From contig DATDLZ010000074.1 of assembly GCA_036519055.1 (NCBI GenBank), positions 1 through 61,697 on the forward strand: a DNA stretch of 61,697 nt, given 5' to 3'. Made by a program: the position numbers and the translations under genes. This document shows positions 11,276-21,623 of this stretch, piece by piece. Under the pieces are notes generated by a model, which ran no database searches, was not told the origin of the DNA, and was given only the letters and a program-made list of their open reading frames with translations. Each line of letters begins with the position of its first letter. Position 1 is the first letter of the stretch. This DNA comes from Mycobacterium sp. Its GTDB lineage: Bacteria; Actinomycetota; Actinomycetes; Mycobacteriales; Mycobacteriaceae.

Positions 11276-11649
11276 GCGGTTTCGACGCTGACCTCCGCCT
11301 TATCGGGGTAGAACGCCACGTGGCCGGCGATCTCCGCCACCGCCGGATACGGCTGCTCGTACGTCCAGATCACGTCGTCGACAGTGCCCGCGGCGGTCGT
11401 CACGCTGTAATAGCCAGCCTCCCCCTTGTACGGGCAGTAGGTGCTGGTGTCGGTGCGGGTGAGACGGTTCTGCACGACATCCTTGAACGGGATGTATTGC
11501 ACGGCAGGGTAAGTGGACTCTTGAAGCTGTAACGCCTCGTTGGTGTCGGCGACCACTTCGCCGTTGACGCGAACCACGACCCGGGTTCCGGTGGGGTTGA
11601 TTGTGATCGGGTGCTCGGCGGTGGGTTCCAAAACGGGCCGACTGGTCAT
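11272..11649 (-). CDS. DUF427 domain protein, Rv0140-like
   Basis: TYCPYKGEAGYYS, WTYEQP, GHVAFY. Confidence 0.9.
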   Translation of the reverse strand: MTSRPVLEPTAEHPITINPTGTRVVVRVNGEVVADTNEALQLQESTYPAVQYIPFKDVVQNRLTRTDTSTYCPYKGEAGYYSVTTAAGTVDDVIWTYEQPYPAVAEIAGHVAFYPDKAEVSVETA

Positions 11650-11680
11650 GATGACGTCTCCTCACGTGCGACTAGCAGGT

Positions 11681-11708
11681 TCAACACCGCTCGGCGCGCA
11701 AGATTCCC
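11681..11708 (-). promoter_or_regulatory. Putative SigH/SigE promoter of the DUF427 gene
   Basis: Minus strand GGGAAT-N17-GTTGA matches the ECF SigH consensus GGAAY-N17/18-GTT. Confidence 0.6.
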
Positions 11709-11724
11709 GTCGGGGGCTTCTGAT

Positions 11725-13272
11725 TCAGCCGGCGGGCGCAAGCATGTCCTTCCACCCGGAGTCTCCGGTGTGACGCGAGTCCTCGAGCAAGTACTTCGCG
11801 CCGTCGGGTCCCACCACTTCGCCGCTGGATGGAAGGTAGATCGCGGCCGGGCCGGCCGGCGTGTAGGTACACGGGTTGGGCTGTTGGCCATTGCACCGCA
11901 CGGTGCCCGATCCGGGCCGCTGCAGCGGATCGTTGACCGGCGCGGCCGGCGGGGGCAGCCGATCGGCCGGTGCGGGGTTGAGGCCGTTGTTGACCGAGGG
12001 CGCCGGTATCACCTTTCCGGGGTCGACCGGCTGGTCGCAGCGAGCACCCGGCGCCGGGCAGTTGCGAACCTGGTTCGGATCGCCGTACCACGGGTTGGTG
12101 CCCAGCGGGACGTACGGCTTGTTGTCGCGGCATTCCCGTGGGGTCGCCCTGCGTTTGCCGGGGACGTCGACGCAGGGGTAGTTGCGCGCCCCGCGCACCC
12201 CGTTCGCCGGAGTGTCCTGTGGGATCTTGCAGTACGTCCCTTCCGGCAACGGTGCGGTGCTGACGTCCGCGGGTGAGCGCCACTCCGAAGCCGGCAGGAA
12301 TCCGGTCAGGCATGGCGGAGGATTGTTCAGCGACAGGTTGAGATTCATCAGCACCGATCCAGGAGCGGATGCGATCAAAGTCTGCGCGACCGAACCGACC
12401 TCGGGCAGGAATACCAGCAACTGCTCGAGGCCTTTGTTGTATCGCTTGAGCATGTCGGCGACGACTTCCAGGTTCGCCAACGTCTGCGGCAGCGACTCGC
12501 GGACGTCATTGAAGACGTCGTTGACCTGATCCGCGGTCGGCGCGGCTTTCGACAGGATGCTTTGCACGTGCTGATCGGTTTGCGCCGTCTGAGCGGTGAG
12601 CACCTTGAGGTTGTGCGACCACTGCGCGATCGAGTCGCCGGAGTCGACCTGGCTGTCCAGGATCGGTGCCGCGTTGGCGATGATGTCGTCGACGTCGGAC
12701 ATGTTCGCTTCGAAGTCGCCGACGATGGACTGCGTCGAGTCGACGAGACGTTGCAGCGATGGCCCCAATCCTCCTACTGCCAAGGCTGTTTCGTCGAGCA
12801 GCGATGCGATCTTCTTCTTGGGCAGGACGGACAGACCACGGTTGGCCGCGTCGAGGGCCGGGCCTATCTCGCTGGGCACGGTGCCCTTGGTAATCGTCTG
12901 TCCGGGCGAGAAGAACTTGCCCGGGCCGCTGGTGGACACCAGATCCAGATACTGCTCACCGATCGCCGACACCGAGTGCACATTGGCTGATGCGTCGACG
13001 GGGATCTTGTACCGGCTGTCGATGCTGAGCGTGGCCCTGACACCGTGTGCGGTCGGCTCGACCTTGGTGACCCGGCCGATCTGGATTCCCCGATATGTCA
13101 CGTTGGACGTGCGATACAGACCGCCCGACGCCGGCAGCTCCGCGACCAGTCGGTATTGACCGACACCGAGCTGGCTCGGGATCCGAAGGTAGTACCAGCC
13201 CAGTGCGACCAGCGCGGCTAATGTCAAGGCGGCGAACACAATCAACTGATTGCGAATGAAGCGGGTCAGCAT
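11725..13272 (-). CDS. mceF: MCE family protein MceF
   Basis: MLTRFIRNQL, SGGLYRTSNVTYRG, SAIGEQY, Cys-rich C-terminal domain. Confidence 0.93.
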   Translation of the reverse strand: MLTRFIRNQLIVFAALTLAALVALGWYYLRIPSQLGVGQYRLVAELPASGGLYRTSNVTYRGIQIGRVTKVEPTAHGVRATLSIDSRYKIPVDASANVHSVSAIGEQYLDLVSTSGPGKFFSPGQTITKGTVPSEIGPALDAANRGLSVLPKKKIASLLDETALAVGGLGPSLQRLVDSTQSIVGDFEANMSDVDDIIANAAPILDSQVDSGDSIAQWSHNLKVLTAQTAQTDQHVQSILSKAAPTADQVNDVFNDVRESLPQTLANLEVVADMLKRYNKGLEQLLVFLPEVGSVAQTLIASAPGSVLMNLNLSLNNPPPCLTGFLPASEWRSPADVSTAPLPEGTYCKIPQDTPANGVRGARNYPCVDVPGKRRATPRECRDNKPYVPLGTNPWYGDPNQVRNCPAPGARCDQPVDPGKVIPAPSVNNGLNPAPADRLPPPAAPVNDPLQRPGSGTVRCNGQQPNPCTYTPAGPAAIYLPSSGEVVGPDGAKYLLEDSRHTGDSGWKDMLAPAG

Positions 13273-13275
13273 CGG

Positions 13276-14418
13276 CTACTCGCCTCGCTCCACCGGCGCG
13301 TCGGCCGGGTTGGGCGTGTACCGGATGTCCGGAATCATCGTCGACGGGTCGCGGCCCCAGGATTGCTCGAGGGCACGCAAGGCTCCGGAGAAACCGGTGC
13401 CGGTGAAGATCGCGTTGTCGACTGTGCTCAGCGTCAAGTCCAGAGCTCCGGAGACGTTGATGTAGTCGCCGCGAACGATCTTCGGCACGCTGTCGACGGC
13501 GAACGGCGGTGACAGCAGCAGCATCAGGGCGTCGACCAAATAGGGGGCGGCACGGCCGAGTTGCTTGAGCGGTCGCTGCAGATCTTGCAGGTCCTGATGA
13601 AGATCGCCGCGCGCGGCCGACAACGTCTGGCCGGTGACGTTGCTGATCCGGCCTACCGCTTCGACCGTGTTGGCGAACAGATCACGTTGCTGGGCGAAAT
13701 GATCGACCAACGGCGGGAATTCGGTGAGCACCCGATCGAGGGTGTCGGTTCTGGTGCCCGCGTACGACAGTAGCCGGTCGGTGGAGTCGATGGCGTGGAC
13801 GATGTCGTCGCGCTGCGCGTTCAGCTCACCCGCGAAGGTGTCCAGCTTGCCGAGGAACTCCCGGATCTGATGGGCCCGCCCGGTCAGGATCTTGTAGACC
13901 TCGTTCTGGATGACCTCGAGGTTCGGAATGCCGCCGCCGCGCAGCACCATGGCCAGGCTGGCGAGCGTCTGCTCGGTGGAGGGATAGGCCGACGAGTTGT
14001 TCAGCTGGATGGTGTCGCCGGCCTTGAGTTGCTGTGGCGACGGATCTGGCGGTGCGGCCAATTCAATGTGCTGAGAACCCAACAAGCTGGTCTGGCCGAT
14101 CTTGGCGGTGGCGTTCTTCGGCAGCTTGACGCTCTTGTCCAGGTCCACCGTCAGCGTGGCCACCCAGTTCTTCAAGTCGATCGAACGGACCGTGCCGACG
14201 AAGACGTCGGCCACCAGGACTCGGCTATTGCCGTTCAGCGCCATGGTGTTTGGCATCTGGACAAAGACCTTGTAGGAGCCTGGGCCGCTGCCGGGCCCAC
14301 CGGGCAATGGGACGTTGGCGATGCCGCGCCAGTTCCCGCAGGAGGTCAGCACCACCATGGCGGTCAGCAACGCCAACGCCTGCCAGGCCTTGCGGCTCGC
14401 CAGCCGCACGACCCTCAC
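13276..14418 (-). CDS. mceE: MCE family lipoprotein MceE (LprK/LprL-like)
   Basis: Lipobox LTSC, LPGGPG, QTSLLGSQHIEL. Confidence 0.93.
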   Translation of the reverse strand: MRVVRLASRKAWQALALLTAMVVLTSCGNWRGIANVPLPGGPGSGPGSYKVFVQMPNTMALNGNSRVLVADVFVGTVRSIDLKNWVATLTVDLDKSVKLPKNATAKIGQTSLLGSQHIELAAPPDPSPQQLKAGDTIQLNNSSAYPSTEQTLASLAMVLRGGGIPNLEVIQNEVYKILTGRAHQIREFLGKLDTFAGELNAQRDDIVHAIDSTDRLLSYAGTRTDTLDRVLTEFPPLVDHFAQQRDLFANTVEAVGRISNVTGQTLSAARGDLHQDLQDLQRPLKQLGRAAPYLVDALMLLLSPPFAVDSVPKIVRGDYINVSGALDLTLSTVDNAIFTGTGFSGALRALEQSWGRDPSTMIPDIRYTPNPADAPVERGE

Positions 14419-15974
14419 CGACCCGGCCCCGGCGGTGCCTCAGCTGCACCGAGCGGAAGGTCAGGCGGTGGCGGTGGCGCCGCCGTCGGTGACGGCAAGG
14501 GCTGCGGGTACCACGGCGGTGGCAGCGGGTTGTTCTCGTCGTAGGCGTTAGGCGGCCCGGTCATGTTGCGCGCCGCCGGTGGCGGCGGGATGTCCGGCCC
14601 ACCCATCAGCTCACCCAATGACGCCGGCGTCAACAGGTTCGCCGTGGCCGGTTGGACCTTCGTTCCCTGCATGCCGGGCGCGACGATCCAGCCCGGCTCC
14701 GAATTGCGATGGGACCACGGGGTGTCCGGCGAGAAGATACCGGGGACGGTGGTGTCCTTGAAGCCAGCTGGCGGCTGCAAACGTGGCTCGGAGTACGCGA
14801 TGTTCTTCGGCAACGTGTCAGCGCTGCTGAACAGGTTGATGCCATACGGGAAGTAGTTGAACTTGATCGCATCCAGGACGGGCGCCAGGTATTGCGCACA
14901 CAGTTCCGCCGAGTCCTGATAGCCCAGCCGGCTGCCGGCTTGAATGACGCTGCAAATGAACTCCATTGGGTTGGCAAAGTTGGTGAACGCGGCCACGCCG
15001 CTCAGACTGCCGTGAGCGGGCTCGTAGATCGCCAGCACGTTGGCGGCCATGTTCGGCAGGATGTGCAGCGCGGTCTCCAGACCGTCGCGCGGAGTCGGCT
15101 GCATGATCGCGGTGGTGACGTCACTCAGGTTGTTGACATCGTGGGTCAGCGCGTCGCGGTTCTCGGTCAAGAATTTTTGGGCGGTGGACAGCAGGCTGTC
15201 GGTTTGCTCAATTGCGTTGGCGGCGGACTGATCCGAGCTGGTGAGGTTGCCGGTCAACTGGGCCAGGTCCTTGTTCAGTGCGACGAACTGCTGGTCGTCC
15301 TGATGTAGCGCGTTGACGAACATCGCCAAACTGCGCAGCACCGAGAAGAAGTCGCCGCGACCTTCGTCCAGCGTGCTCAGCGCGTTCGACAGGCTGTTCA
15401 GCGTGGTGTTGATCTGCTGGCCCTTGCCGGCCAGGCCGTCGGCGAAGGAGTCGATGACGTCACCGAAGGGCCCCTTGGGCTGCTCCTTGGTCGGGCCGAG
15501 TTGGCCGATGATGTGAGTGATGCTGTTACGCAAGTCATCCCACTCGACCGGCACTTGTGTGCGCTCGATCGGGATCACCGCGTTGTCGGCTAACTGCGGG
15601 CCGCCCTTGTAGGGCGGCTCCAGTTGGATGCTGCGCGAGGCCACCAGCGTCGGGTTGAGCACCACCGCCGACGCATCGGCCGGCACCTTGTATTTGTTCC
15701 GGTAGTGGAACGTCACCTTCATCTGATCACCGGTGGGTTCGATCTTGTCGATTGCACCGACGCGGATACCCATGATCTGGACCTTGTCCCCCGCGTAGAG
15801 GGCGTTGGTCGCCGGGAAGTAGGCGACCACCGTGTTGTTGGTCAGCTTGTCGTAAAGCTGCCACCCCACCAGCGCGGCAACGAGACCGAGCGCCACGACG
15901 AGCGACCCGATGATCACCGCGGCCTTGGACAACTGCGGTAGCCGCAGTTTGCGGATGTCGAAGATCGTGCTCAT
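14415..15974 (-). CDS. mceD: MCE family protein MceD
   Basis: MSTIFDIR, LYAGDKVQIMG, PVEWDDLR, Pro-rich tail. Confidence 0.93.
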   Translation of the reverse strand: MSTIFDIRKLRLPQLSKAAVIIGSLVVALGLVAALVGWQLYDKLTNNTVVAYFPATNALYAGDKVQIMGIRVGAIDKIEPTGDQMKVTFHYRNKYKVPADASAVVLNPTLVASRSIQLEPPYKGGPQLADNAVIPIERTQVPVEWDDLRNSITHIIGQLGPTKEQPKGPFGDVIDSFADGLAGKGQQINTTLNSLSNALSTLDEGRGDFFSVLRSLAMFVNALHQDDQQFVALNKDLAQLTGNLTSSDQSAANAIEQTDSLLSTAQKFLTENRDALTHDVNNLSDVTTAIMQPTPRDGLETALHILPNMAANVLAIYEPAHGSLSGVAAFTNFANPMEFICSVIQAGSRLGYQDSAELCAQYLAPVLDAIKFNYFPYGINLFSSADTLPKNIAYSEPRLQPPAGFKDTTVPGIFSPDTPWSHRNSEPGWIVAPGMQGTKVQPATANLLTPASLGELMGGPDIPPPPAARNMTGPPNAYDENNPLPPPWYPQPLPSPTAAPPPPPDLPLGAAEAPPGPGR

Positions 15975-15980
15975 TGGCTA

Positions 15981-17525
15981 CTACCCCCCGTCCCCGCCGG
16001 GCGTAACGAATGGAACCGGTAGCTGCGGACCCGGGCCCGGAGGTGCGGGCGGTCCGGGCGGCAAAGCGGGCGCGAAGGTCGACGGCGGTGGAGGCGGGCC
16101 GGCCGGCAGCAGGCTTTCCCGTCGCGCCCCCGGCGGAGCGTTCGGCGGCAGCGGCACCGGCGTGCCCGGCATATTCGGCGGCGGTGCCCCGGGCAGGCCG
16201 GCATCCGGAATCCCCGGCGCCGGTGGCCGACCATTCGGATTGGGCGGCGACGAGAGCACGTCGGGCAGCGCCGGATACGGCCCGTTGGGCCCGAACGGAC
16301 CCTGTCCTTGATCGACGCCCGCGCACGGCATCGGGTTGCCCGGTCGCGGCGACATCTCCGGCGGCGGCGCATACGCGCACGGCGACCCCGGCACCACAGC
16401 CGGCCCCGGGTGATCCGGGGTGCCCTCGAGTACCGGCGGCGCCGGTGGCGGAGCGCCGTTGGAGAAACGGGTTCCGTTCGGGTCAGGCCACTTGAAAGCG
16501 GGCAATCCCGCACTGCGCCAGAAGTTCTCCGGGTCGATGCCGCGCTTCTTGAACGCCGCATCCACCCACGGCTGCAGGATCTGGTAGGGCACCAGGTTGC
16601 CGATCATCACCTTGAAGTACGGCCCAGAGCCGACCGCCTCACTCAGCGCCGCGGTGTAGTTGCGCAGCGTACTCAGCACGGAGACAAGGTCGTTCTTGTG
16701 CTCGACCAGAACATCGGTGACGCTGTGCAGCTGGTCGAGCAGATGGTGCAGATTCGGGTTGTCGTGGATCAACCCCTGCACCTGCGTGGAAAACGCCGAC
16801 ACGTTGGCCAGTAGCGCCGCGATGGCCTTGCCACGTTCATTGAACGCGGCAAGGAGCGACTGAGTGTTTCGCAGCAGCGCGTTGATCTGCTTACTGCGAT
16901 CACCGAGTACGTTGGCCACTTTCCGGGCCTCGGTCAGCAGGTGTTTGAGCTCGTCATCGCGTTTGCCGATGATGTCGGAGAACTTCGCCACCCCGTCGAG
17001 CGCTGCGCTCAAGTGTGGGTAGGTCTGGTTGATGGTGTGCGACAACACATTCAGTGACTGCTTCACGGTATCGATGTTCCAGCCGGCGGCGGCCTTGGTG
17101 ACGTCGAAGAACGCGTCGTACACCTGGTATGGAGTGGTGCTTTGGCCGAGCGGCAGCACATCATTCGGTCGCATCCGCTTGGCACCGCGCGGTTCGATCT
17201 CGAGCACCTTCTTGCCCAGCAGCGTGTCGGTCCGGATCGCCACCCGGCTCTCGGTGCCGATGGTGTGCGTTCCGGTGGTGAACTTCATCACGACGTGATC
17301 GCCGTCGATCGAAAGATCCTGCACCGTGCCGACATCCATCCCAACGATGCGGACTTTGTCACCTTTGCTCATTCCACCTGAGTCGCTGAACTGCGCGTAG
17401 TAGGTCGCGGTCGCGAACAGCACCGGCAGGCTGCCAAAGCTTTGTCCCACGCCGACAATGAGGACCACCAGCGCGATGGCCAGCACCCCGACACGGACCC
17501 GGTTGGCGGGCTGAAGAGTTCTCAT
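15981..17525 (-). CDS. mceC: MCE family protein MceC
   Basis: GDKVRIVG, TDTLLGKKVL, long Pro-rich tail; ATGA overlap with mceB stop. Confidence 0.93.
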   Translation of the reverse strand: MRTLQPANRVRVGVLAIALVVLIVGVGQSFGSLPVLFATATYYAQFSDSGGMSKGDKVRIVGMDVGTVQDLSIDGDHVVMKFTTGTHTIGTESRVAIRTDTLLGKKVLEIEPRGAKRMRPNDVLPLGQSTTPYQVYDAFFDVTKAAAGWNIDTVKQSLNVLSHTINQTYPHLSAALDGVAKFSDIIGKRDDELKHLLTEARKVANVLGDRSKQINALLRNTQSLLAAFNERGKAIAALLANVSAFSTQVQGLIHDNPNLHHLLDQLHSVTDVLVEHKNDLVSVLSTLRNYTAALSEAVGSGPYFKVMIGNLVPYQILQPWVDAAFKKRGIDPENFWRSAGLPAFKWPDPNGTRFSNGAPPPAPPVLEGTPDHPGPAVVPGSPCAYAPPPEMSPRPGNPMPCAGVDQGQGPFGPNGPYPALPDVLSSPPNPNGRPPAPGIPDAGLPGAPPPNMPGTPVPLPPNAPPGARRESLLPAGPPPPPSTFAPALPPGPPAPPGPGPQLPVPFVTPGGDGG

Positions 17526-18562
17526 CTCAGCGTGCACCTACCCGACGGCTGTTGGAAAAGTTTCACCGATCGAACAGGTCCGCCCGGCTGAAGCCCGTTG
17601 ACCTTGAGCGACAGGTCGCACAGGTAGAAGTTGAAGAAGTCACCGTAGATCCCGCTGGCGCGGCCGATGATATTGAACGCCGCGGGCACTTTCCCGACCA
17701 AATCCCCGACTCGGTCGCGCTGCTCGACAAGCGGTCCGGCAAGGGTTTCTAAGTGGTTGACCGTGTCATGCAGCAGGGCCCGGTTGTCGGCCAGCAGGTC
17801 GGCCACCGTTCCCGCGGCGTTGCTGATGTGCGCGGTCCCGTCCGCCAACGGGGTGGCACGGTCCTTCAGGCCGGTGATGAGCACCTCGAATTTGTCGATG
17901 GTCGCGTCGAATTGATCGCGGTGCCGAACCGTGGTGTCCAGCACGGTGTTCAGGTTGTGGATCACCTCGCCGATCGCCTGGTCGCTTTCCGCCAATCGGT
18001 CGGTCAGCTGTGCGGTCTGGTCGAGGATGTCGTTGATCGTGCCGCCTTCACCCTGAAAGACGGTGATGATCGACGAGGCGATGCTGTTGACCTTCTGCGG
18101 ATCCAGCGCCCGAAACAGCGGCTTGAAACCACCGATGAGCGCGTCGAGGTCCAGCGCGGGCTGGGTCCGCGACAGTGGAATGAATCCGCCTGCCGGCAAC
18201 ACTCTTTCAGCGTTCTCTCCGGTACCCCGGCTGATTTCCAGATACCGGTTGCCGATGAGGTCCTGATAGCGGATCTGCGCGGTCGTCGACTGGTAGAGCT
18301 GCACCGTGCGGTCGACGGCGAAGTCGACGCGAATCCGCTTGTCCCCGTCGACCAGTTCGATTTTCTTGACCTTGCCCACCTCTACGCCTGAGGCGCGGAC
18401 GAACTGGCCGGCACGTAAGCCACTGGCATTGCTGAACTCGGCGGAATAGCTGTTGGTGCGGTCGAAGCGCACTTGGCCGAAAACCACGACGATGATCGCG
18501 GTGAACAGCAGCTGCACGGACACGACGGCCGCCAGCCGCACGACAGTACCGGTGATCCTCAT
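17522..18562 (-). CDS. mceB: MCE family protein MceB
   Basis: SGLRAGQFVRASGVEVG, YQDLIGNRYL, PALDLDALIGGFKPLF; ATGA overlap with mceA. Confidence 0.93.
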   Translation of the reverse strand: MRITGTVVRLAAVVSVQLLFTAIIVVVFGQVRFDRTNSYSAEFSNASGLRAGQFVRASGVEVGKVKKIELVDGDKRIRVDFAVDRTVQLYQSTTAQIRYQDLIGNRYLEISRGTGENAERVLPAGGFIPLSRTQPALDLDALIGGFKPLFRALDPQKVNSIASSIITVFQGEGGTINDILDQTAQLTDRLAESDQAIGEVIHNLNTVLDTTVRHRDQFDATIDKFEVLITGLKDRATPLADGTAHISNAAGTVADLLADNRALLHDTVNHLETLAGPLVEQRDRVGDLVGKVPAAFNIIGRASGIYGDFFNFYLCDLSLKVNGLQPGGPVRSVKLFQQPSGRCTLR

Positions 18563-19776
18563 GGGTTGATCGTGTTCTCCCCGTACTGACGCCCCCAGAC
18601 GTACTCGTTGGCCAGCGGCTGGCCCAACTCGAAGTGGTTGTAGGGCGCAATGCTGTTGCCGGAGTCCATCACCAGATACGGTGCCGGCCACAGGTCGCGG
18701 GTGATCGGCGCCCAGCAGCCGGCTTTGCCGCCGGGTCCGCCGCGACCGTTGACCCTCGGCAGGTTGTCCGGATACACGTAGGGGTTCTCGGTGCCCGCGA
18801 TCGCCACGCCGAGTTGCGCCGCATAGTGGTTGCCGCTCTCCAGCTGCGCAACTTTTGGAGCGACGTCGGCGAAATTCCGGATGGTGCAGAACACCTGCGG
18901 GCTGTAGGTGTCCAGTAGATGGGCGGTCGGCCGTAGGTCGGCGGTAAGGCGTTCCAGGTACGGTTTGCTGCGAGTGAAGACGTCGTTTCCGGTGTTGGCG
19001 AAGCCAATTGCGGCCAGCAGGGCCGCGTCGAGCTCGGCCTGATGCCGGTTGAGGGTGCGCGCGGTGGTCACGGCATTCTCCAGCGCGTCAAACAGATCCG
19101 GTGCGGCTTTGGCGTAGACATCACCGAGTGCGGCGAGCCGCTGGAGGTCGTGGCGAATCGCCGGCATCCGGGGGTTCAGGTCGCCGAGGATCTTGTTGCC
19201 GTTGACGATCGACTGCCCGAACTTGTCACCCAATCCGGTCAACGCCTGCGCCGCGGCGCCCAGCGTGAGGTTCACCTTGACCGGATCGACATTGTCGGCA
19301 AGCTCGACCAGCGTCTCGAACACCGTGTTGAACTCCGTCGTGATCGACGTCGCATCGATGACCGATGACGGTGTAATCCGCTGCGGTGTCGGCTCTTTGG
19401 GCGAAGTAAGCGACACATATTTGTTGCCGAACACGGTGGTCGCCTGTATTTTCGCGATGACGTTCACCGGGATGAGGTCGACGTACTGCGGGTCGACGTC
19501 GAGGGTGAATCGGGCCGCCGGCTTGCCGCGATGCTCGACCTCGGAGATGCCGGCCACCCGGCCAATGCTCACGCCGTTGTAGGTGACCTTCGAGCCTTGG
19601 TCCATCACCAACCCGGCGCGGGCGGCCAGCATCGTCAGCTTGGTCTTGGGCGTGAAGTCTCCGTGAAACTGCCCGTATATCAACGCCAGTAGCAGCGCAC
19701 ACGCCGCAAACAGCCCGATACCCGCCGCGGTGTCCGGCCAGGTCCGGGTTCTGCGCTCCTTTGTCGGGGTCGTCAT
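18559..19776 (-). CDS. mceA: MCE family protein MceA
   Basis: RAGLVMDQGSKVTYNGV, TTVFGNKYV, WGRQYGENTINP. Confidence 0.93.
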   Translation of the reverse strand: MTTPTKERRTRTWPDTAAGIGLFAACALLLALIYGQFHGDFTPKTKLTMLAARAGLVMDQGSKVTYNGVSIGRVAGISEVEHRGKPAARFTLDVDPQYVDLIPVNVIAKIQATTVFGNKYVSLTSPKEPTPQRITPSSVIDATSITTEFNTVFETLVELADNVDPVKVNLTLGAAAQALTGLGDKFGQSIVNGNKILGDLNPRMPAIRHDLQRLAALGDVYAKAAPDLFDALENAVTTARTLNRHQAELDAALLAAIGFANTGNDVFTRSKPYLERLTADLRPTAHLLDTYSPQVFCTIRNFADVAPKVAQLESGNHYAAQLGVAIAGTENPYVYPDNLPRVNGRGGPGGKAGCWAPITRDLWPAPYLVMDSGNSIAPYNHFELGQPLANEYVWGRQYGENTINP

Positions 19777-19782
19777 CGCCGG

Positions 19783-20652
19783 TTACACCGTGAGGTTGAA
19801 GTTCGGGTCGACGCCATAGAGCGCAAGTGAGGTCAGCAAGACGACGATCACCGTGGACACCAACGAAAAGCGCATCGACCGACCGACGGCCTCGCCCACC
19901 CCGACCGGTCCGCCGCTGGCGTTGTAGCCGTAGTAGCAGTGGGTGATCATCACGATCACCGCCATCACAATGACCTCACCACCCGACCAGAACACGTCCT
20001 CGGTGCGCAGGAAGGTCCGGAAGTAATGCTCGTAGGTGCCTTCCGATTGGCCGTAGAACAGCGTGGTGACGACCTGCCCGGACAGAAACGACATGACCAG
20101 CGCCATCGCGTAGAGCGGGACGACCACCACCAGCCCCGCCATCAGTCGCGTCGAGACCAGGAACGCCACCGACTTGATGCCCATCACCTCGAGCGCGTCG
20201 ATCTCTTCGCTGATCCGCATCGCGCCCAGCTCCGCGGTCGCACCCGCTCCGACCGTGGCGGCCAGCGCGACACCGGTCACCACCGCGGTGACGACGCGCA
20301 CGTTGGCGAGGGCGGCGAAGAACCCGGTGAACGCCTCGACGCCGATGTTGCCGAGCGACGCGAAACCCTGGATGGCGATCAACGAGCCACCGGACAGCGT
20401 CACGAAGCCCACGATCGCCGCGGTACCGCCGACGACGGCCATCGCGCCGGTGCCCATGCCAATCTGAGCGATCAGCCGCAGCGTCTCCCTGCGGTAGCGG
20501 CGCACCGCCCATCCGATCGACCAGGCGCCGATGATCGAGAACCGGGTGAGGTGCCCGGCCTTGTTGATCCCGCGGATGGCCCCGCCGCCGTAATGGTCGA
20601 CACCGGCGGCCATGCGCGGAAAACGCGCACGAATTACCGCTGCGGTCGTCAT
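19783..20652 (-). CDS. yrbEB: MlaE-family permease YrbEB
   Basis: GATAELGAMRISEEIDALEVMG, GGPVGVGEAVG. Confidence 0.93.
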   Translation of the reverse strand: MTTAAVIRARFPRMAAGVDHYGGGAIRGINKAGHLTRFSIIGAWSIGWAVRRYRRETLRLIAQIGMGTGAMAVVGGTAAIVGFVTLSGGSLIAIQGFASLGNIGVEAFTGFFAALANVRVVTAVVTGVALAATVGAGATAELGAMRISEEIDALEVMGIKSVAFLVSTRLMAGLVVVVPLYAMALVMSFLSGQVVTTLFYGQSEGTYEHYFRTFLRTEDVFWSGGEVIVMAVIVMITHCYYGYNASGGPVGVGEAVGRSMRFSLVSTVIVVLLTSLALYGVDPNFNLTV

Positions 20653-20653
20653 G

Positions 20654-21457
20654 TCAGCGACCCGTCCCGAACCGGACGCCAATGGTGGTCAGCACCACGT
20701 TGACCGCGAAGAGTGCGATCACGCAGAGCACCAGCGTCTCGTTGACGGCGACGCCGACACCTTTGGGACCGCCCTTGGTGGTCAGGCCGCGATAGCAACC
20801 GACCAGTCCTGCGATCGTCCCGAAGATCGCGGCCTTGATGGTCGCGATGAGAACTTCGGGTAAGCCGGTGACCAACGTCAGGGTCGCGAGATAGGCCCCG
20901 CCCGAGACGTTTTGGAGTTTGACGCCGAAGAGGAAACCGCCGACCAAACCGATGGTGATGACGGTTCCGTTGAGCAGCGTGGCGACGACAGTCGCGGCCG
21001 CCACCCGCGGTACCACCAGCCGGTGAATCGGATCGATGCCGAGGACCTCCATCGCGTCGATCTCTTCGCGGATGGTGCGTGCGCCCAGGTCGGCGCAGAT
21101 GGCGGTCGAGCCGGCACCGGCGACCACCAGCACGGTGGTCAGGGGGCCGAGCTGGGTGACGGCGCCCAGTGCTGCGCCCGCGCCCGAGATGTCGGCGGCG
21201 CCGAAGGCCGACAGCAAGGTGTTGAGCGTGAAGACGATCAGCACGGTCAGCGGAATCGAGACCGCAATCGTGGGCAGCAACGCGACCCTGGTGATGAACC
21301 AGGTTTGGACGATGAACTCGTTCCAGTGAAAGGGTCGGCGGAACAACGCTTTTCCGGCCAGCGTGCACATCCGCGCGAATCCACCGACGGTCGCCAGCGG
21401 TGGCGTGAGTTGGTCACGCACGTAACCAACGAGCCCGGCGGGCGTCGTCGCGGTCAC
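20654..21457 (-). CDS. yrbEA: MlaE-family permease YrbEA
   Basis: AICADLGARTIREEIDAMEVLG, GGPKGVG. Confidence 0.93.
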   Translation of the reverse strand: MTATTPAGLVGYVRDQLTPPLATVGGFARMCTLAGKALFRRPFHWNEFIVQTWFITRVALLPTIAVSIPLTVLIVFTLNTLLSAFGAADISGAGAALGAVTQLGPLTTVLVVAGAGSTAICADLGARTIREEIDAMEVLGIDPIHRLVVPRVAAATVVATLLNGTVITIGLVGGFLFGVKLQNVSGGAYLATLTLVTGLPEVLIATIKAAIFGTIAGLVGCYRGLTTKGGPKGVGVAVNETLVLCVIALFAVNVVLTTIGVRFGTGR

Positions 21458-21623
21458 CGCTGCGCTACCGCCGAAATGAGGCGGTCATCGAACGGCGCAG
21501 GGTGACGTGTTTCAGCGCGGTGCCACCACACATCCACCATGCGTCACACTATGTAACAAAAATCACTTCGGTTACCCGAGACACGCGGAGGATCGGACGT
21601 CGGAAGTTAAGCGTGATTCCGAC

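Noticed and set aside
15981-16460. Repetitive GC-rich sequence in mceC/mceD
   Set aside because: Encodes ordinary Pro-rich Mce tails, not a DNA repeat array
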